Origin: an uncultured virus (IMG/VR IMGVR_UViG_3300030098_002040)
Taxonomy: Duplodnaviria > Heunggongvirae > Uroviricota > Caudoviricetes
DNA: 20,000 bases
IMG/VR virus record: IMGVR_UViG_3300030098_002040
Span: 44,003-64,002 of that record
Direction: 5' to 3' (one strand)
Numbering within the stretch: position 1 is the stretch's first letter; each line of letters begins with the position of its first letter. The translations under genes and the position numbers were made by a program. The notes under the pieces are model-generated. The model saw nothing but the letters and a program-made list of their open reading frames with translations, searched no databases and had not been told where the DNA came from. Below, one piece after another: positions 16,408 through 20,000 of the stretch.

Positions 16408-18129
16408 CTACTCATTTGAAGGCTCCAGTAACAATTGACCTGTGTCATCTAGAGCAAAATTTATTTCTTGCAATCTACCTGTAGCTCTGTTGTAATACAA
16501 TGCCGAAGCAACGCCAGCTCTACCAGTTAGTCTATTCTTTAGAACCCTAACCGTTGTAGTATTTGCGATCCTTTCGTCAGAATTTTGTCGATCACGTTCA
16601 AGAGCAACAACGACATTAGGAACGGAAGCAAGACTACCAGAACCACGCAGGTCTTGAAGAGTAATCCGGTCGCCTTCTTCGTATGCTTTAGTTGTTTTCT
16701 TAAGTTGTGAAACCACATCTATTCTTACTCCTGTTCTTGAGACAAGACTTCTCATCTCTTTCATTAAGTTATCAATGACCATTCTTTCAGAGTCATAGTT
16801 ATCATCTGAAGTTGCAAGTCCTACCGCAGCAGCAGTAATATGATCTAATATAATAACTTCAACACCTAGAGAAACAGCCATGTATTCCATTCTTGCAAAG
16901 AGATTACTTAATCCACTATGACCAAGGTGATCATAGATATATAACTTAGTATCATTAAGTTTTTCTTTTGCATCATTGTACATCTCTTCTGTAAACTCGT
17001 CAACTATCTGCATATCAATAGGTTCTTTTCCTAGTTTGATCCGCAGATCATTCATAGTTTTAGCAGCCTTTAATGCTCTAACAGGTTTGTTTATCATAAT
17101 AGATATCATATCATCTAGTGTTTCTTGCGGTGCTTCTTCCAACATAATTGCACCAACGCTACGACTCTCTTCCAGATGGTGCATAACCAACTCTTTGAGT
17201 ATTGTTGTCTTACCAGATCCTGTGCCTGAACACCATAGAGTAATCTCACCTGATCGTTGACCGACAAGGAACTCAGTAAGCGTATCAAATGGGAATCCAT
17301 ATACTTTTTGCTCCACTCCCTCGGATTTACTTTTAATATCTTTAACATGTAGAATTTCATCAGGTGCATATACTTGTGCTTGCCAAACAGAATTGATGAC
17401 ATCCTTGCCAGCTTTATTCATTAGGCATTCATTCGCATCCTTATAAGGTAAAGATGTAATATAACATTTACCCGGAGGCAGTACCTCTGCAACTCTAGCC
17501 ATTGCTGCACGACCTGCTTCATCTTGATCAAAGCATAGTACAATTTCTTCATAGCTTGTTATAAATTCTAAGTTTTGTTTAACTGATTTAATGGCAGATG
17601 CTGCACCATTTGGAAGACTAACCACGGGCCATTTGGATTGCAATAGCATATTAACAGACATACAATCAATTTCACCCTCAGTAATAATAATCCTTTTGTT
17701 TTTCTTGCCAGCACCTGACCAAAGATTTTGTCCCCATAAGGGAAGATTACTTGTATCGCCACGCCATACAAACTTTTTATCTGGAGTTCTAATATGCTGA
17801 GCAATAAGTTTACCATCTCGATAGTAGTTAGCAATGTCACAGAACTGCCCATTAATTTTAGCAGTTTGATAATTGTAAAGCTTTGTAGTTTTTTCATCAA
17901 TAAGTCTATTTGGTTTTGATATACACTCACCATTGATTGGTGAAAAATTTATACTAGACGGAACCTTGGTTTCGTATTGCACATTATCTCCTTTTTGAAA
18001 ATACTCACAGGCAAAACAATACCCATGACCATCGGAGTATCTTACTAGATTATCTCCGGAACTATCATTGCCTTGTTGTCTACATGAGGGACAAGGCTCC
18101 CTATGAATTGCTTGACTTTCTTCTTGCAT
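16408..18129 (-). CDS. Primase-helicase (T7 gp4-like)
   Basis: Zn ribbon CPSC...YSDGHGYCFAC; TOPRIM ITEGEIDCMS, SLPNGA, FDQDEAG, KDANE; SF4 helicase SGTGSGKTT, MLEE, IILDHI, VSQL, DLRGSG and VLKNRLTG. Confidence 0.97.
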   Translation of the reverse strand: MQEESQAIHREPCPSCRQQGNDSSGDNLVRYSDGHGYCFACEYFQKGDNVQYETKVPSSINFSPINGECISKPNRLIDEKTTKLYNYQTAKINGQFCDIANYYRDGKLIAQHIRTPDKKFVWRGDTSNLPLWGQNLWSGAGKKNKRIIITEGEIDCMSVNMLLQSKWPVVSLPNGAASAIKSVKQNLEFITSYEEIVLCFDQDEAGRAAMARVAEVLPPGKCYITSLPYKDANECLMNKAGKDVINSVWQAQVYAPDEILHVKDIKSKSEGVEQKVYGFPFDTLTEFLVGQRSGEITLWCSGTGSGKTTILKELVMHHLEESRSVGAIMLEEAPQETLDDMISIMINKPVRALKAAKTMNDLRIKLGKEPIDMQIVDEFTEEMYNDAKEKLNDTKLYIYDHLGHSGLSNLFARMEYMAVSLGVEVIILDHITAAAVGLATSDDNYDSERMVIDNLMKEMRSLVSRTGVRIDVVSQLKKTTKAYEEGDRITLQDLRGSGSLASVPNVVVALERDRQNSDERIANTTTVRVLKNRLTGRAGVASALYYNRATGRLQEINFALDDTGQLLLEPSNE

Positions 18130-18442
18130 TCTCACGCCTTTTAAACTCCTTTTCAGTTATCTTTCCAAACGCTAAATCATGTCTGTCTCTATACTCTTCA
18201 TCAGTTACATATTGTTTTCTTCTTCCGTCACCTTTTCCATTTGCTTCTGCTCCTTTTTCTATATGGGGCATCCATGTTTTTTTATTCTTCTGTTTTGAAG
18301 GAGTCATAAACATGTCGTTCTTTACTTGTCCATTTTCTTTTTCCCATTGTTTAACTCCTCCTACCTTCTCTCTTCTTTTCATTATGTCTTCAACTTTTTT
18401 TTCTCTGCTCCATCCATTAGCATTTGATCTTATATTACCCAT
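18101..18442 (-). CDS. Hypothetical basic protein
   Basis: ATG 18442 is coupled (TAATG) to the upstream stop, after SD AAGGAG. Contains GKGDGRR...DLAFGK. Confidence 0.65.
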   Translation of the reverse strand: MGNIRSNANGWSREKKVEDIMKRREKVGGVKQWEKENGQVKNDMFMTPSKQKNKKTWMPHIEKGAEANGKGDGRRKQYVTDEEYRDRHDLAFGKITEKEFKRRENARRKSSNS

Positions 18443-18783
18443 TATATAATATTCTCCTTCCAAAGATCATCGGTTAACTCGGCTTGCAATCCCCAAGCTT
18501 CGTCTTCACCATCTCCAGTCCACTCATTAGTTTCATATTGTTTAACATGAATAAGTTCATGAACCAGTGTCATAACAAAATTTCTTATGGTTTGATCACC
18601 ATGTAATTCAATATAATAATTATATTCATTAACTTTTTCACAAGTACCATAACAATCATTCATAGGTTTAATACGAACAGTTACACTTAAAAGATAACTA
18701 AGTTTCATTCTGTACTTAAACCAATCAATTACATCCGTTACAATTTTTCTTTGGTGTTTGTATCCACCTTTAACTGCAATCAT
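18442..18783 (-). CDS. Small zincin-like metallopeptidase (HEXXH)
   Basis: TLVHELIHVKQY followed by a downstream E.EAW third-ligand motif. ATG 18783 is chosen because the track's GTG 18801 lies inside the tRNA. Confidence 0.7.
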   Translation of the reverse strand: MIAVKGGYKHQRKIVTDVIDWFKYRMKLSYLLSVTVRIKPMNDCYGTCEKVNEYNYYIELHGDQTIRNFVMTLVHELIHVKQYETNEWTGDGEDEAWGLQAELTDDLWKENII

Positions 18784-18798
18784 GTTTTCCCCCATGAA

Positions 18799-18871
<73 letters not shown>

Positions 18872-18877
18872 ACTACG

Positions 18878-19252
18878 CTATATAGGGCGTATGCCTAAAG
18901 TGAAGTAACCTTCTTCTCCCTTCGGAGCCCACTCTTTAACAGCGTGAACAGAGCGAACTATATTATCATCTACCCATAATTTATCATTGAGTAGATCAAA
19001 AATTGCTTTGATAAAATTATCTATGTCGCCCTTTGGACATTCTAGTTTTGTTGATTTAGGTTGTCGTACATAACATTCTAAGTCAACAGCAATGGGCTGA
19101 TCAATTAAATCAAAGTCAGCACCTAACACTTCGTAGACTACCTTTGACCCTTCCTCTCTAAACTTTTTATAAGGACCAGTAAAGTAAGCCCCGAACTTAG
19201 ATATTCGGGGTCTACTTGCAGCAACTGGGCTTATTGGAAAGGTGTATTCCAC
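18878..19252 (-). CDS. rusA: RusA-family Holliday junction resolvase
   Basis: N-terminal PVAASRPR and catalytic KGDIDNFIKAIFDLLN..LWVDD matching the RusA DxDNxxKxxxDxL...DD pattern; 124 aa. Confidence 0.92.
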   Translation of the reverse strand: MEYTFPISPVAASRPRISKFGAYFTGPYKKFREEGSKVVYEVLGADFDLIDQPIAVDLECYVRQPKSTKLECPKGDIDNFIKAIFDLLNDKLWVDDNIVRSVHAVKEWAPKGEEGYFTLGIRPI

Positions 19253-19257
19253 TTCTT

Positions 19258-19779
19258 TTAGAATGGGATATTGTCATCCGTTACTTCAGGAACTTCTTGC
19301 TGTTCCACTACAGGTGCTTTGTAATCGGAACCATCGAAGCCATCAGTAGCGGTGAACCCACCAGAGTTAGCTTTCTCGTTCTTCTCAATGATTTGACAAC
19401 CATTTAAAAAGAAACTTAGTGAGTTGTCCCTTGATATTACCATCGGGGATAGACGAAGACGAACTTTGTCTCCACCAAAAGGAACAGCATCGGTATCATT
19501 TGTTGATGCATCCTTACAAGGGAACGTGTTTGTTCCATCCTTAGTATAAATAGTAGACTTTACTTTAATAGTTGTTACACCATCAGCTTCTCGCATACCA
19601 TTAATCTTCTTAGCACCTGAATCTTTTAAAGTTTTATCAAGTGTTGTTTGAAGATCTTCATTAACAACCACAGTAATGTTGTGATTGCCCGGACTTCCAA
19701 ACTTATCATCTGGTTTGTGTAAGTGTGACCACTGTACATCAAGTGTGTTAGTATAAATAGGTGACATTTTAGTCATCAT
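19258..19779 (-). CDS. Single-stranded DNA-binding protein (T7 gp2.5-like)
   Basis: WSHLHKPDDKFG, GGDKVRL and SFFLNGCQII motifs, an acidic tail ending in Phe (EVTDDNIPF), and position just upstream of the resolvase. The start after SD AAGGAG is 19779 or a nearby Met. Confidence 0.85.
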   Translation of the reverse strand: MMTKMSPIYTNTLDVQWSHLHKPDDKFGSPGNHNITVVVNEDLQTTLDKTLKDSGAKKINGMREADGVTTIKVKSTIYTKDGTNTFPCKDASTNDTDAVPFGGDKVRLRLSPMVISRDNSLSFFLNGCQIIEKNEKANSGGFTATDGFDGSDYKAPVVEQQEVPEVTDDNIPF

Positions 19780-20000
19780 TTTTTTCTCCTTCATTGTTTT
19801 CTTTATTCATTTCACTAGTGTGATTAAATGCTTGGTGATTCAAACGACTAATAGTCTGTTGAATCCCTGATTGAATGTGTGACATAGCACCGGCTACATC
19901 ATTAAGATATCGAACTACGTTCTCAACTTCAACTGCTGGCTTTTCTGCCTGTGCTTCAGCATCAGCTTTGATCTTAGCTTCCATTTCATCTCGATACTCA
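19769..20000 (-). CDS. Hypothetical helical protein, probably 5'-truncated by the window edge
   Basis: The frame stays open upstream of ATG 19984 to the edge (EYRDEMEAKIK...), and the 3' end overlaps the SSB start. Confidence 0.6.
   Translation of the reverse strand, partial: EYRDEMEAKIKADAEAQAEKPAVEVENVVRYLNDVAGAMSHIQSGIQQTISRLNHQAFNHTSEMNKENNEGEKNDD

Noticed and set aside
2626..17933. Alternative-frame minus-strand ORFs nested in large genes (2626-2844, 4030-4254, 4736-4948, 5162-5377, 6113-6310, 7158-7457, 13629-13907, 14159-14347, 16087-16278, 17115-17402, 17568-17933)
   Set aside because: They are off-frame by-products of codon bias, mostly Leu/Ile-rich, with no recognisable motifs. 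ORF 4736-4948 runs through the terminator, and I saw no convincing slippery site to make it a 10B-like frameshift extension.

Overview
The window is part of a T7-like (Autographiviridae-type) podophage genome. It is AT-rich, the host cannot be determined from the sequence, and every credible gene is on the minus strand. In transcription order (right to left) the replication module holds a partial hypothetical gene, a gp2.5-like SSB, a RusA-family resolvase, tRNA-Arg(TCT), an HEXXH metallopeptidase-like protein, a basic hypothetical protein, gp4 primase-helicase, a family A DNA polymerase (Tyr762 type, no thioredoxin-binding insert), a candidate permuted NlpC/P60 protein, dNMP kinase, gp6 exonuclease and a class II (B12) ribonucleotide reductase. 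The structural module holds two overlapping small ORFs, a small virion protein, the portal, a four-gene insert with a holin-like gene, the scaffold, an enlarged major capsid protein, a T-phi-like terminator, tail tubular protein A (gp11) and the start of tail tubular protein B (gp12). The most striking feature is the gp11 homologue, normally about 200 aa but 1368 aa here. About 1,120 aa of Gly/Ser/Thr-rich repeat sequence is inserted in frame between the N- and C-terminal halves of the gp11 fold, which suggests a tail adaptor ring carrying large built-in appendages. All calls come from motif recognition by eye; no database searches were run.
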